64,000 nucleotides of DNA, from positions 1,550,001-1,614,000 of the forward strand of contig BQFW01000007.1 in the NCBI GenBank assembly GCA_020891255.1, in the 5' to 3' direction. The DNA is from Entomortierella parvispora E1425 (Eukaryota; Fungi; Mortierellomycota). Positions 49,539 to 64,000 of this stretch are shown piece after piece (within the stretch, counting starts at the first letter, position 1; the number at the start of each line of letters is the position of its first letter). The position numbers were made by a program, and so were the translations under genes. The notes beneath the pieces are model-generated. The model searched no databases. It was not told where the DNA came from and saw only the letters and a program-made list of their open reading frames with translations.

Positions 49539-51455
49539 TATGAAGATGATGTGATGGAGGAGAAGTGACAATGAAGAGAAGGGAAAAAGAAATGTGTAGA
49601 GAGCAGAGGGGGGAAGAAAAAAATTCAAGGAAAAAAGAAAGTAGTGAATTTTTTTTTCACGTTCTTATTTTGGGGTCGTTAGAAGGAAACAAAAGGGATG
49701 AGGGGAGCAACAACAACAACAACAACAACAACGGCAACAGCAACAGCAGCACCGACAGAGGTGTTGGAGGGAAGGGGATGAAGAGGAAGAGGTGAGAGAA
49801 GAAGAAGAGAAGAAGAAGAGAAGAAGAGACGGAGACAAAGAAGGACAAAGAAGGCCAAAGTGACAGATGGAACGAAAGATCCCGCCTCTCCAGGACCTGG
49901 TGCACGTGATGGAAACTACGCTCGCTGTCTCTCGATCGTCACTCCTCCTGGCGCCGTTCTCAAGGTTCGTCTTTGGTAAACGAACACGCACGCAACGAAC
50001 GAATGATGGCCTGCTGCTCTCGTCTTTCTCTCGCTCTCTCTCTTTCTCGTGCTCGGCAAAACCAGCATCTCCATCTGATTCAACACGAGGGTTGTACACA
50101 AAAACTCTCTTTGTGCCCTCACCTTTTGCTCGTGTCCACTTTGCTCTGTCCATGGAGCTCCAACCTTTGTTTCCACAGTCAAGACGGCAAGAGATGCAGC
50201 CACTAACCCCTCCTCTCACCCTTTCTTTCCTTCCTTCCTTCTTCAGTCCTCATGAGCGCTAAAGAACTGCATGTGATGTTTGTGTTCAAGTGTCCGTTGT
50301 GCGTGCAGGCACTGTTGTCAATGACAAGAATGTCTACAAAGCGAGGGACAGAGAACCTGGGAGTGGTGCGCAATGACGCTGTTTGTCAAGTAAAGTGACG
50401 GTGCACGCCGCGCTGGGTGCCTAGTGCCTCTGGGTAATCTGCTCCTTCACGATAAAGTTAAGACTTCAAAAAAAAAAAACTGAATCAGGACACCTGTCCG
50501 GGGATTGGGACATGAACGCCTTTGCACTGTCCTCCTCTTGGCTGCAAGCACACTCCTTGCGTGCATGCACTCATTCTCGTTGTTCAAACAAGAACGACGC
50601 CACCAATTTTTATCTGCATGACGCATATCTTTGTATAAAACATCGTGTATAATTTATCAAAGATTATTTAATTACATTGGTCACGTGCCATGCATGGAAA
50701 AGCATGCAAAGCATGCAAAGCAAGCAACCAAGCAAAGCAAAGCAAAGCAAAGCAAATCCCGCTCCCGCACGGCTACCCTTTGCCTTCCCCTCCCTCTCTC
50801 CTCCCTTTTTCCCGCCTCCTTTGTAAGACTGGATTACAATGTGCGTGTGAGAAAGGGTCTTTCTCTCCTTCTCTCCTCTCCCCTCTCATTCTACCCGTTC
50901 TCTCCATCTCATTCTTCTCGCTTCTCCCCATCTTCGCCCTGTGCAAAGGGCGACTCTAGAAAAGTACAAAAAAAAAAAAAAAAAAAAAAAAAAACAGGAC
51001 AAGAAAAAAACCATCAGACGATCAGACAGGAACGACCGTCCTCTTGTGCATTCAACAACCAGGATCTTTGTTGCATTCAGACCAAAGTCTGTTGCTCTCA
51101 TCGACTGTCGACCCTCAGCCCGCTTTCGTCGCCTTCCGCTACTTCTTTGAACGCTTTGAGCACCGCCAGGATTGAGCACTGAAGTACTCACTTCTGCAGC
51201 CTGTGAGCGTCTTGCCTTGTACGTCCATGATTGTCCTGATCATCGCTTCTTCTAGAAATGTCTGTCATATCACCCCCGCCCCAGTATTTTTCGTCTGCTC
51301 ACATTCCCAGGGGACTTTTTTCATCTTGCAGAAGAGAACCGGCAAGTTTTTAATTGTAAGCACAGGCGTTCACTTCTGGAAAGAAAAAACCAGCAGGAGC
51401 AACAAAGGCGCAGGATTAGAAAGTAACAGTGGCAGCATTAACAGGGTTCACAGCT

Positions 51456-54400
51456 ATGGATTCTCCCTCCTCATCCTCCGTCTCCTCCGCATCTTCGTCT
51501 CGACCTGTGATCAGCTCGGGCGTCACCTCCTCTGGATTGCATTTGACCGAGTTTGTCAAGAGACCCAACACTGGCAGGAACGGCCGTACGGTCCGTATCC
51601 AAGCCAACTTTTTCGAGATTACTCAACTGCCGAACATCAACGTGCAGCACTACGATGTAACGATCACCCCGGATGTGCCTCCTCTCGTGAACAGAAGGGT
51701 CTTTGAAAACCTAGTCCAAGTCTTCGGCGCCTCGGATTTCAATGCATCGCACCCAGTCTTTGATGGCCGGAAGAATATCTTTTCGCCCAAAATGTTTGGA
51801 TTTGACAGCAAGACTTTTGAGGTAAGGGTGGCATCACCCCTTCTTTTCCTTTTTTTACCTGTTTTTGCAATTGGTCACCAATGTCCGTGCCAATTCGATT
51901 ATCGACTTTCCCCCCTCATTTTTCTATCCCTGACTATTCTTTTCGCGTTTCTAGATCATCCTGCCAGAAGATCGACCCCCACCAGGAGTTACTCGTCGTC
52001 TGCCTCCTCGGTCCTTCAGAGTTAAGATTAAAAAGGCAGCGGACATCAACCTGGAAGAGCTACATCAGTTCTTGGCGGGAAAGATGACTTTGACCAACAA
52101 TTGTCGAACAGCCATCATGGCTCTGGATGTTTTGATTCGCCACAAACCCTCTATGACCTATGCCACCGTTGGACGATCGTTCTTCACGCCTGCTGGAGCG
52201 CGCCAGATCAGTGGAGGTGTTGAGGTCTGGAGTGGTTTTTACCAGTCTGCCCGTCCAACTTTGGGTAACTATTGCGGTTGAGAGGAATCAGGAGTTCTAT
52301 CTAAAGCAACCTTTCTCTAACATATATGAACAACAACACCTATAGGCAAGATGATGATCAACCTAGATGTAGCCTCCACGGCGTATTATCAACCTGGGCC
52401 GCTGATCGAGCTGGCGGTCAAAATTCTGGGCCTTTACAGCCCTGGTAAGACGAGATTATCTCCCTTTTTTTTTTTTTTTTTTTTTGTATGTGCGATTCGA
52501 CAGGTCTTGGTGCGTGTACTGAAACTATTTTGAAACTCTTTGCATCCCAAACCAAATTGTAGATGATTTGCGTAGGGCATTCAATAATGAAAGAAATCGT
52601 CGCAAACTAGAACAGGCTATTCGAGGTCTACAGGTGAAGGTCATTCATCGTGCGGAGGTTAGACGAAAGTTCAAGATCCTGAAGTTGACCCCTACGCCTG
52701 CCTCAGCGACTACATTCCTCAAGGACGACGTTAGAACGGACGTTGCTACATATTTTACCGAGACATATGGTCGTGGATTGCAGTTTCCATTTCTACCGTG
52801 TGTCGTCACTGGACGTGATATTTTCTTGCCAATGGAAATTTGCTCCGTCATTGAGGTAATTCAGTTGGAAAAACTCGAAGCAACATGGAGCGAGTCATAC
52901 AGCCCATCATTGGTCATAGGTGTGTAACGTCGCATTTTTCTCATGGTCTTAGGGACAACGACATGTCAAGAAATTAAATGAGGTCCAGACTGCAGATATG
53001 ATCAAGTTCACTTGCCAACCTCCCCAAGTACGCGCTAATAAGATCATGGGTGGTCTGCAAGTCTTGGACTTTCAACACAACGAGTTTCTTCAGGACTTCG
53101 GATTGAAGGTCTCTCATCAAATGATGGAGATCGGTGGTAATTATCCTCCTCTATATCTTTTACAGTGCTTTATATGATCATTACTACGATGCAGTGAAGA
53201 AAACCTTTTAACAATGTGCTTCTCCTCTTCTCTCCGTCTTCTTGGTTTGTGTTTTAAATAGCTCGTATTTTGCCACCCCCAATGATCTGCTACCATGAGG
53301 CTTCAAACGTGGCTAGATTTACCCCACGGAATGGCGCGTGGAACCTAAAGGACAAAAAGGTGGCCATGGGCGCAACCTTGGGCTCGTGGAGCGTGGTTGT
53401 GTTTGAACATGAACGCGCCTTCCCCAGAAGCTCTGTGCAGAAATTCATTCGTGAGCTGGTCGTGACCTGTGTTGACACTGGAATGGTATGTGTAAACCTC
53501 GGGGTGGATATGATTAGGAACTATTAATTCATATCCTAACTTTTTCTTTTTGAATCGCTCTTTTTGTATTGTTAATGATAAAGTCCATCCCAAACGCCAC
53601 TCCCCCCATCACATACGCAAATCCTCATGGTGACATCGAAAGGCAGCTCAAGGATGCATGGCTCCTTGCTGGAAACGCTGTCAAGTCGCAACCCCAGCTC
53701 TTGGTCTGTATCCTGCCCAACACTGGCGTGCCATTGTACGCCAACATCAAGCGCGTCAGTGATACTATCATTGGCATTCCGACACAATGTGTACAAAAGT
53801 CGCACACCATGAACCCCAAGAAACAGTATTGCGCCAATGTCTGTCTCAAGATCAATGTCAAACTCGGCGGCATGAACTCGTTCTTGTCGCCTCAACAGAC
53901 ACCGTTCTTAACGGATCGTCCCACGATTCTGTTTGGGGCGGATGTCAGTCATCCTTCACCCGGCGATAATACACGTCCCTCAATTGCATCCTTGGTGGGG
54001 TCTATGGATGCCAAAGCTGCGCGGTATGCAGCGACAGTCCGAGTCCAGACAGCCAGAACAGAGACGATTGCAGATCTTGGAGGCATGGTGGTTGAGCTTC
54101 TTAAGACCTTTTATCAAACAGTAAGCATTGTTCCTCAGATCTTTTCTCCTGCAAACTCTTTTTTTTTATTTTTTTATTTGAAAACTTATGTCTTTTTTGT
54201 TCTCTTATCAGTGCGGTCAAAAACCTGAAAGGATTCTGTTTTATCGCGATGGTGTCTCGGAAGGCCAGTTTGCAGAAGTACTGCGATCTGAGGTGGCCTC
54301 TGTCCGAGGTAAATCTACGATTGAAGAAACTGATTTGCTGAACATCACGGAAGGATTGAGCACCTAACGTATTTCAATTTGTACCTCTCTATTCCTTCAA

Positions 54401-55143
54401 ACCCTCTCATTGCCATCACAAAGCGGCATGCACAGCCTTGGATATCAACTACAGACCCACCATCACTTTTGTGGTGGTACAAAAGCGCCACCACGCCAGG
54501 TTCTTCCCACTGCGGCGCGAGGATGCCGACAATATTGGAAACTGCATGGCAGGTACGGTTGTCGACACGGATGTCGTTCATCCTTACGAGTTTGATTTCT
54601 GTAAGTACTGTTTGCCTCTTTTTATGTTGCTGCCTGTCGAATAGACGAGTGGATGACTTGCCCTGGAGTTGTGGCCTTACTGATTGCCTGTTCTCTTTTT
54701 TTTCCATTCAAAGACCTTCAAAGTCATGCTGGACTTCAGGGAACGTCTCGTCCAACTCACTATCACGTCCTTTATGACGAGAACCGATTTTCGGCTGACA
54801 CTCTTCAGGACTTCACCTACAAACTTTGCCATCTCTTTGCCCGATGCACTCGGACGGTTTCCATGGTCCCTCCGGCATTCTACGCCCATTTGGTTGCGGC
54901 TCGTGCGCGATTCCATGCCAGGGGTAGTTGGTCGGATCATGAGTCAGTGGAAAGCTCGTCCACCAGTGGCGGTGGCATGGACGATAGCTCTTACCTAGCT
55001 GTGAAGCAAGAACTTTTGCGGGGTAAGAAAAAGAAACATGGATCATTCTTGCAGGAATCCAATGGAATTACGAATTCAGCGACTTTTCTGACACGCACGA
55101 TTATCTATTTTTTTTTCCTGCTCTAGTGATGTACTTCATGTAA
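51456..55143 (+). CDS. AGO1: Argonaute protein (N, PAZ, MID, PIWI), multi-exon
   Basis: [11 protein letters not shown]; [11 protein letters not shown]; [16 protein letters not shown]; [12 protein letters not shown]; catalytic tetrad residues [22 protein letters not shown] and YAHLVAAR; ends VMYFM* at 55143. The start codon is uncertain. Confidence 0.95.
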
Positions 55144-55456
55144 AAGAAATTGGACAGGAGAAGCAGGGAAAAAAATGTTACGAGGAGATCAAGAGCGGAC
55201 GCACCTATACCATCATTGCCACCACACTGCCACCACCACTTGCCATCATCACCTGCCACCATTGCTTTCACCGCCAGCCCAGTCGAAATAAATAGCAATT
55301 AAATTAAGCAATCATGATACACTTCGGACCTTGGAGCTAGCAACGTGGCAACTGAGATTTCTTCCAGGCATCGATATTGAAAGTACCGGAAAAAATGAAG
55401 ATTTTAGTTTTGGCTTTGTCTATCTATCTGCTGCAAGAATGGAGTTTTTTTGCTAT

Positions 55457-58063
55457 CTACTTGGAGGACCGAATGCTGCCAGCACGGATGCTCGCACTCC
55501 TGACACTAGGAGCAGCGGTGCTGTTACCTCCTGTCAAGGTGGCCCTTGCAGTCTCAATGTCCAAAAGTCCCGAATGAACCTTCAACAAAACAAAGAGCTC
55601 CAAACTGTTTTTGCCCTTGCCTCCGACCAAAGCAGGCAGGCCCAGCATGTTGGTGTTGGAGAGACCAAGGAGGTACTTGAATCTAGCCTGAGCCTCGTCC
55701 AAACGTCCCTGATGGATCCAAATCTTGGCCTTGTAGTAGTGCGAGAAGTAATACGTGTATGTATCATCGTTCATCAAAGGCGCGTACCGGAACACAGTCT
55801 GGAATGACTCTTGGGCCAAAGCGCACATTTCTGGGTTGAAGGCCTCTTCGGGGAAGAACGCGATATGGTACGCGACCAAGCCCTGAAGGAAGAAGGCCAG
55901 ACAGTAATCGTCGTAAAAGTTCTCATAGTTGGCCACCTTGCTATCCCGGAGGAGGGCATTCTTGCTCGAGAACATGCCGCCCAACATTCCACCCGAGGAT
56001 GCCTCGATGGTCTGATCTTTGGCCGCCAACGGTTGACTCTCGCGCTCACGCATCTTTTCGGGCAAGAGGGCCTGGAGACGGCGGACCTCGGACGAGATGT
56101 TGGCCAAGTTCTTTTGGAGGATCTTGGGTGGCATCATGTCAAAGGTGTTCCAGAGCAACATGAAGTCGTAGCTTGGTAACAACAAGTGACCCTCCTTGAT
56201 GAAACGTTTTGATTTCCGGGCGCAGAAAGTCTCAAAGAACAAGTTCATACCGGCGACCTTTTGCATGCCCCCCTCGACCTTCTCCATCAGGTTGTCAATC
56301 TTCTTCTTCTCGGATTGATCGCCACGTTCGTAACCGGTGATACCGGTCAGGTAACGGAAACAGCACTTGGACCATCGGGATTCCTTGAGCAGCTGTCGAC
56401 TCTTCTCACAAGCAGTCTGATGGTCATTTTGCATCATGGCGCACATCATCTCCTCAAAGACAAAGATGTGGCCCAACTGATGCCAGCGGGGTTCCTCCAC
56501 CTGGACAGACTTGTATGTGGCCACTGCCTCGTCCAAGCGCGATGTGACCTGAAGGTGACGACCCTTCAAGAAGAGGAAGAAGGGCGATTGAGGGTAGAGC
56601 TCGACATTGTAGTTGTTGATCATCTCGGCATAGTTCAGATCGATATGGTTCATGGGGATAAATGATGACACGATCACTTGGAAGATGATCGGGACCATAT
56701 CACAGAACTGGCGACGGACACCCTCGTTGGCGGAGGAGGACAGACGCTCTGCATGTTCCTGAGGGTTCTCTGGAGGGGCCATGGGGTCCCAGTCACCGCA
56801 GGCGGCCAACATGGCCATACCCCAATCACGATCGGAGGGGAATCCGATGAACTGCAACATCTTGACAATGACCTCTGGCAAGAACGAGATGACAATGTTG
56901 TAGAGAGAATAGGACAGGGTCACACCAGAGACCAAGTGCTCGTCAATTTGATAGTGGTCAATGTTCTTGCCATGGCGAAGCTCGGATTCTACAGAATCCA
57001 TGAAGGACTTGAGACCTTGGATGATAGTGAAAGCATGACGGAGGTTGATACACTCTTCGATGACCATCCACACATCAAGATGGTAGAGGACACTGAGGAG
57101 CGAGCGCAAAATTGTTGCCTCAGCATAGATGAGTTCCTATGAGAGAGTGAAGAGAGATGGAGTAAGAAAGATGCAAGATATTCATAGATCAGTCATTGCG
57201 ATCGTGTGCCTGAAGGACAAAGGTACAATGAGCCAAAAAAAAAAAAAAAAAAAAAAAAACAAACTTACAGCGTGCTTCTGAACACGATTCATACTCTTGA
57301 AAGATCCAGCACCGATGGTTCCGACGACAAAGGATCCCACCGCCTTGACAGATCCCAGACCCAAGAGGGAGCCCTTGCGCTGTTTGTCTGCCGTCTTGAT
57401 CGCCTGCTCAAAGGCCTTCATGCCCAGTTCAATCTCCTCGGGGTCAAACGTGACCAAGGCTCTCAATCCCTGAATGATGGCCTTTCCCAGTTCGTAATAC
57501 ATGCCCGCCGACTTGTCCTTTGATTTTTTGGTCGATGACGATCCCGACGACGACGATGCATCCTTCTTGCCTTCCTTGCTCGATGGTGGTGATGATGAAT
57601 GGAGGCTCGACAAATCATCCGGCATGGCGCTCATGGCCTCCTGTTGCCTCTTTTCGTCGCCATAGGGGCTGCTGACCCCGTTCTTCTCGCCATTGGTCAT
57701 CCCCAGGGCCTCGCGCGCTCTCTTGGCCGCCTCCGCTGCAGACGAAGGCGGGGCCGAGGCATAGCGACTTCCGGCCAAGCTTCCTGTCACGGGAATGGGA
57801 CCCTCTGCCATAATGGCCTCCCCCTCCGCCATGGAATTGTTCAGGAAGAGATCCAGAGCACGACGGAGAACGACCAAATCCTGGTTCATTTGCTGTTCTT
57901 CAATTGAATCGGGGACCACGTTCTTGTTCCAGCGGACAAGGTGGCGGTAATGAGGAATGGGTTTCTTCAGCTTGGGAGGAGGCTGACGGCGACGGGAGGC
58001 ATTCGTGGCCGGGAAACCGTCTTGTTGACCATAGGCTTCATCGGTTTTGGCACTTGGAGGCAT
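55457..58063 (-). CDS. IML2: Iml2/TTC39 family tetratricopeptide-repeat protein, 2 or more exons
   Basis: ALDLFLNNSMAEGE; MLQFIGFPSDRDWG; LLKESRWSKCCFRYL; FCARKS; helical TPR-like C-terminus. Confidence 0.8.
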
Positions 58064-60121
58064 GATGGATTGGTATTGGTGATTGGTATTGGGTCGTGAA
58101 AAAAAGGAGTAGAAAGTGTGCAAGAGACAGAGAACTTTGAAGTCTACTTTCGATTACGGAAAAAAAAGGATGATTGTGAAGTGAAGGGAGAGGGCAATGG
58201 AGGATGAGGGACGTGGTCAAAGAGAAGAAAGGGGAGAAAAAAAAAGAGTACAAAAGAGAGAGCAGGCGATGAGAGATATTTATGTAGAAAGCGTATGGAT
58301 CTGTTGAACTAACTGTAATGGCAGCCGAGGGTTTCTTATTTGCACGGACAGGAAGGACGTGGAGAAAAAGATTCGAACCAAAAGAGCAAACAAGTACTGA
58401 CCCGCACAGGGGACAGATGACCCTTCCACATTTTGCATTTTTTTTTAGTTTTGGGGCAAGATACAATGAAAATGAGAGCACTTTAGAAAGGAAAAAGTCA
58501 ACGTCCACCTTGGAGAATACAGTGATGAATAAAAGCAATATCGATTGAATAAAATGGACCCATGGCTCCCTTGTAAGCATGCACGGCGGATGGGATAGAC
58601 TACCAGCCTTGACTCAAGAGTAGCGCCTGTTCGCTTTCTCTTTGTCATTAGTATTGCGGAAGAAGAACGAACAGAAGGAAGAGAAGGGGGCAGTGGACGC
58701 AGACATATGTCATCCAGACAACAGAGTGCAGTGCAGACCAGTCAACCAAACAAGGTTTATTACACCGTTGCCGCCTTTCACAAGTACGAGTCAAGTTGTA
58801 AACACCCGGTGGACCACCAGACAGCTGCTGCAGACGAACCGCACAAGGAAGGGACACAAGGGCGACAACGCTCACGGCGCACAGAGCAGACAGCCACAGA
58901 GCAAGCATCTGCAGGCCGACAAAAACAACTAATTCGTCCGAATCGTCCAACGCTTTGTCTTGCTCCACTCTTCAAGACACCACAAGAGAAGGAATATTCC
59001 TCGCAATGGTGTTATTCTCCCCTCCACTCTGACCACCACTCCTTGACTTTTAACCGCGTAAAGCGACCACGGGCCAAGTAAGGCGGAAAAGATGTGTGGG
59101 GATCCAAGGGGAATATCACTACTCCGACCTGTTGATTATTGCTCACTTGTTCCTTCTCCACAAATCCGAACCCCCCTCCACCGTCTGTGTGGCGGGGAAC
59201 GAGGTTCAAGTGCAGACAAACAGAGCGGCCCACATGTGCAAGACGCTGAGTTTTGGGCGTCAATGGGATGCAAAAAAAGGCTGGGGGTTCACCAATTACT
59301 TCAGAACTCGATACCGTTGTTGCTTTTACCAAAGTTTCTTATTCTCCACAAAGACAGCCGGAGGTGTCCAAGCGTCCCCTCACCCTCGTGTTAGCCAAGA
59401 CAGGAGCCGTTCGGGCAAGGCGATTTCCCCAAAGTTGGGAGTAAACAGCCCTGCATGCAAGCCCTTGTTGGGGCCGAATGGCTTTAAAAGTGGTTGAGAG
59501 AGAGTGACAGGTGGTGTTGATCTTCTGTCTCCTTGGTGCTTTGTCCTCCCCTCATATCGTCTTCATGTACTGCGCGCCAAAAGTCGTGTCAACGAACTGG
59601 AGCGACGAAGAGGAGCGATATTCTGACAATGGACAAAAAGTAAAACTCAATAATTTAAGCGCTCGGGGTCGTACACAATAATGGGCGAATGGCTCTCGCC
59701 TTGCAGCTTGTCGCCGTTGTCTTTTTGCCCTTGCCCATGTGAATTGCATGGAGAGAGAGAAGAACGCGGCTCGCAAACCAAGATTGTCGTCAGTGAAAAC
59801 AGGTTTTTTCAGGGCACATTTTCCCTCTCTATCTCGTGGTGATCTCGCGTGCACTTTTTTTTTTTTTTTTTTTTTTTTTTGACCCATTCAACAGAATAAA
59901 CCATGCACAATCCTCGAGTGCACGCACCGACTGACGACTAAAGAGGATCAATGGGTTGAGCAAAGAGGCATCCTTTCTAGGAAGGCAAGATGGTCCAAAC
60001 AGTTTTGAATAGGCACATTATATTTATTAGAGTTAGAGTAGAACCATGAGGAGATAGGATGATAGTATACATGTTCAAGATAAATGCGCGAAACTGGTAT
60101 GAGGGTATTTTTCTACACCTT

Positions 60122-63100
60122 TCAGGCACTAGCAACCTCACCGGCCTGCTCAGCAAGCTTATAGAACAGCGACTCCTTGCGCTGCATCAGCAATACAGGG
60201 GACTCGAACTCTTCCACACGTCCCTTTTCCAAGACCAAAATCTTGTCAGAGTCCATGACAGTCTTGATTCGATGGGCAATCGTCAAAATGGTCCTGTCCT
60301 TGAACTCCTTTCGAATCGTCTTTTGGATCAGCTCGTCCGTCTCCACATCCACCGCTGCTGTGGCCTCGTCCAGGATCAAGATCTTTGTCTTCCTCAGCAG
60401 AGCACGCGCCAGGCAGATCAAGGACCGTTGGCCGACCGAAAAATTCTCGCCGTTCTGAGTGACCTCACAAGAAAGACCTGCAGGCATGCTCGAGATGTAC
60501 TCTTTCAAATGGGCGCGCTCCAAGGCCTCCCAGATCTCTAAATCCTGGGATTGCTCAAAAGGATCCAGGTTATCACGGACAGTACCGACAAAAAGAGTAG
60601 GATCTTGAGGAATGATGGCCAGGTGCTGACGCAAATGCTCCAATCCAATCGTGGAAATGTCCACACCATCAATCTCAATCGATCCGCCATCCTCTTCGAC
60701 CTCGACCTTTTCCAACTCTGCAGGCAGAACATCCACCTTCGAGGGATCAGAGTCGTAGTCGGACCCATTATGGCTCGCCTTGGCCCAATGGCTGTTGGCC
60801 GCTTCGATGACTCGGAAAAGGGCCAGCGTCAAAGAAGACTTGCCAGCACCAGTGCGACCCACAATACCCACCTTCTCTCCAGGCAAGACCTCAAACGAGA
60901 CATTCTTGATTACAAGATCCATTCCCTGACGGTAACGAGTGGAATAGTTCTTGAACACAATGTTGCCTTGAGAAGGCCAGCTTTCAGGCAAGACCACATC
61001 TGTCTCATTCGGTGCCTCTTGGTTCTTCTCCGAGTATTCCTTTACACGCTCAACACCAACAAGCTCATTCTGGAGTTCACAGAAGCATCGGACCATCCAA
61101 GTGATGTCCTGGGTAATGTTGAGAGCATAGCTCAGTGACAAGCCGACCATACTGGCGTTCAAACTGTTTCGACTAAAGACGGAAAAGAGAGAGGCCGCGA
61201 GGACAATAATAGAGCCTAGAGCCTCTAGGCGAGCGTTCAACCAACGGTTGCCGACCGCCCATACAAAATGTGCATTTGAAGCCAAATCGGACTTGGTGGC
61301 ATTCTCGACAATGAAGCGCTCGTTGCAGCGCATGGCACGGATCGTGGATACTCCCGACAAGGTCTCGGAGAAGTGCTGGTACATCGGAGACTTTGAAATC
61401 GATTCGATGCGCTTGAAGGCTCGCGAAGAGGCAATGTAATACGACTGCACAAAGACGTACACCAGAAAGACTGGTGGCACAATCACCAAAAAGATGGGCG
61501 TCGTCACGACAATGACAATCAAACTTCCCATCACTGAAACGAAACAAAAGAACATGTCGTGGAAAGCCCAAGGAATTTGCTCGTCGATACTGAAGCAGTC
61601 GGATGAGAAGCGGTTGATGACGCGTCCAACAGGGGTTGTATCGAAGAACGACATTGGCAACCGGAGGACATTGTTGAGGAGATCATTGTGAAGCCGTTCC
61701 GAGGCACGGACGCCGGCGGATACCATAGTAGTGTAAGAGGTCCAAACAGTCAGAAGCATGAATCCCACCACTAGAACAGCATAGATTCCCATATAGTAGC
61801 CAACACTATGAGTGGTGTCGTTCACAACCTCGACCCAGTTCTGCAACCAAGTGTTGGTTCCAATCTGACAGGACTGGATGACGACAAAGAGGATCAGAAC
61901 CTGGATTGCATTACGGTACGAAGCTGCCTTTGCGTAAACCTTGTAGACGTGCCAATGGATACTTCCGACTTTCATCTCTTCTTCCTCGACCAGCTCTGCG
62001 TTTTCGTCTTGTTTCTCAACCTGGGTTTCCATAGCCTTGTCGTGAAGAGCATGAGCATGAGCAATCTCCGTCGTTTCATCCATCTCCTTGACAGTCTCGG
62101 CATCGTTCATGGACTCGGAATCAGTGTCCCTCTGCCTCTGTTTGACAGAATAGTCCTCGATCAGCTGGTAGAACGCGTTTTTGGCATCCATCAGTTCTTG
62201 GTATTGTCCAGTCTCTGTGATCACACCGTCCTTGATAACAACGATCTGATCCGCTTCGTGCAGATGATGGATTCCATGGGTGACCAAAAGACGCGTCTTT
62301 GAGTTCAACAATCCCTCGGGTCCGATCAAATGCTTCCACAAATGCTGATCCACATGCGCGTCTACTGCACTCAGAGGGTCGTCCAGCAGGTAAATATCGG
62401 CATCCTGGTAAGCCGCGCGCGCTAATGAAACACGTTGCTTTTGGCCGCCAGACAGGTTGATTCCACGCTCTCCAATCTCCGTAAGGTCGGCCGCAGGGAG
62501 CATCTCAAAATCAGGAGTCAATCCAGCAGCGAAAACGATCCGATCATAACGCTCTTGGTCAAAAGTACATCCAAATACAACGTTGTCTTTCAACGTGGCG
62601 TTGATGATCCAGGGCTGCTGGGGGGCATAGGCGATCCTGCCATTGATCTTGACAGTTCCTCGTCGCTTGTACATGTCGCCAATCATGGCATTGAACAAAC
62701 TTGTCTTTCCTTGTCCGACTCTGCCAACGACGGCCGTCAAATAACCACAGTGGACTGAAAGATTGATATCCTTGAGAGTAGGTTCGTAGTTGCGTTCGAT
62801 GGGTGTTCCGGGAGTGGGTGCGGGGAGCCCAGCTTCCAGAGCCTCCTTCGCCTCTTGCTTGGCCTTTTTCGCTTCCTTCTTTTCCCGTGCCTTGATTTGT
62901 TTCTCGGTCTCGACCTCTGGTCCTTCTTTATCCCAGGCAAAGACTCCATCCTTGACCTCAATTACTGGAAGCGAAAGATCGTTAGGCAGCTCGTCAATGT
63001 GCTCAATGCTGCCCTCCGACAATTCCTCCGCCAAGAGGTACTTCTGGATACGACGAGTCGCAACAATCAATCCCATGGTCTCTCCAGTGGTGAACGACAG

Positions 63101-64000
63101 CATGCCGATAGGTCGGTTCAGGAGTCCAAAGAGGGTGATACTGACAAAGATTGTCTGAGAGTTGATCACACCATCGCTAACGGATGCGAAGATACTGAAC
63201 GAGACCAGGGCCATCAGCAACGTCAAGGAACTAAACATGATGGTCATGAATGAGAACGCGACTCCAATCTTGCGCAAGATAGCCAGCTCTCTGTTACGGA
63301 AAACAGCTACTTTGGCACGGAAAGAAGACTCCCTATTAAAAAAAAAGGATCAAAATTAATAACAATCCTTTGATGTCATAAACAATCTTCTCAATCTTCT
63401 TTCTTTGTCTTTGTCGTGAACTGAAGAAACTTACCATCCATAGAGCTTGACGATTTTGATTCCAGAAAAGACTTCATTCAGCAAACGGATACGGTTGTCC
63501 ATGGCAGCCAACTTTTCGTCCTTGGCCCGAGCAAAGAAGGATGCGATCCAAGCTTGGACTGGGGACACCACTACAACCGTTCCTGCTCCAGCGATCGCGG
63601 CCCATCCAAGTTGTTGGTATAGCAGCCAAAGGGCGATGCAAATTTCAAAAGGAATTGAGAGCCACATGGGCAAAAGTGGCAACGCTTCAGACCAACGTTC
63701 GGCGTCAACACTCATATGATTTTGAATATCACCCGGAGACTGCTCATTCCTGGCAGCAGGACTCAAACGAAGGGCTTTCCGGTAGATCATTGAGATCAAA
63801 GCTGTCCGAGCCTCAATACCCATGTTCATAATCAACTGGTTGAATTGTCCCTCAAGGAGTGCACTGGCGATGGTCGAGAAAAACATGCCGAACGACAAGA
63901 TGATCCCAAGCACAACTGGCATGGGTGCGTCGGTGCTGTATGATCCAGTAAAACTCAGAAGTTGATTCATCAACACTGGGGCGACAAATGACAAAATCGA
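60122..64000 (-). CDS. ABCC/MRP-type ABC transporter (Ycf1-like); 5' part lies outside the window
   Basis: NBD1 VVGRVGQGKT and LSGGQKQRVSLARA; NBD2 GIVGRTGAGKSS, FSVGQRSLICLARA and ILDEATAAVD; two TMDs; intron at about 63335-63430. Confidence 0.95.

Overview
Eukaryotic, intron-rich fungal genomic DNA, most consistent with an early-diverging fungus (Mucoromycota, probably Mortierellaceae; inferred from gene architecture, not verified). The housekeeping backbone encodes phospholipase D, an RNI-like protein, a Yra1/ALYREF-like RRM protein, a long poly-Q protein with a PH-like tail, a bacterial-type MscS channel, a GCIP/CCNDBP1-like protein, squalene epoxidase, mitochondrial glycerol-3-phosphate dehydrogenase with EF-hands, methylglutaconyl-CoA hydratase, a Glu/Lys-rich protein, a cytochrome P450, CDP-DAG synthase, Argonaute, an Iml2/TTC39 protein and a partial ABCC transporter. 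Two DNA transposons with recoverable ends are inserted. The first is a 1.8-kb Tc1/mariner-type element (21171-22976) with 28-bp TIRs, a TA duplication and long DD86E spacing. The second is a 7.6-kb AcademH-like element (32705-40300) with a 9-bp TSD, 1021-bp TIRs, and convergent RecQ-like helicase and DUF6589-type transposase genes. The most striking observation is that each TIR of the second element appears to carry the start codon, three introns and about 138 codons of coding sequence, so the helicase and transposase would share an identical S/T-P-rich N-terminus. Exon coordinates were worked out by hand from GT..AG sites and frame continuity and have no transcript support here.
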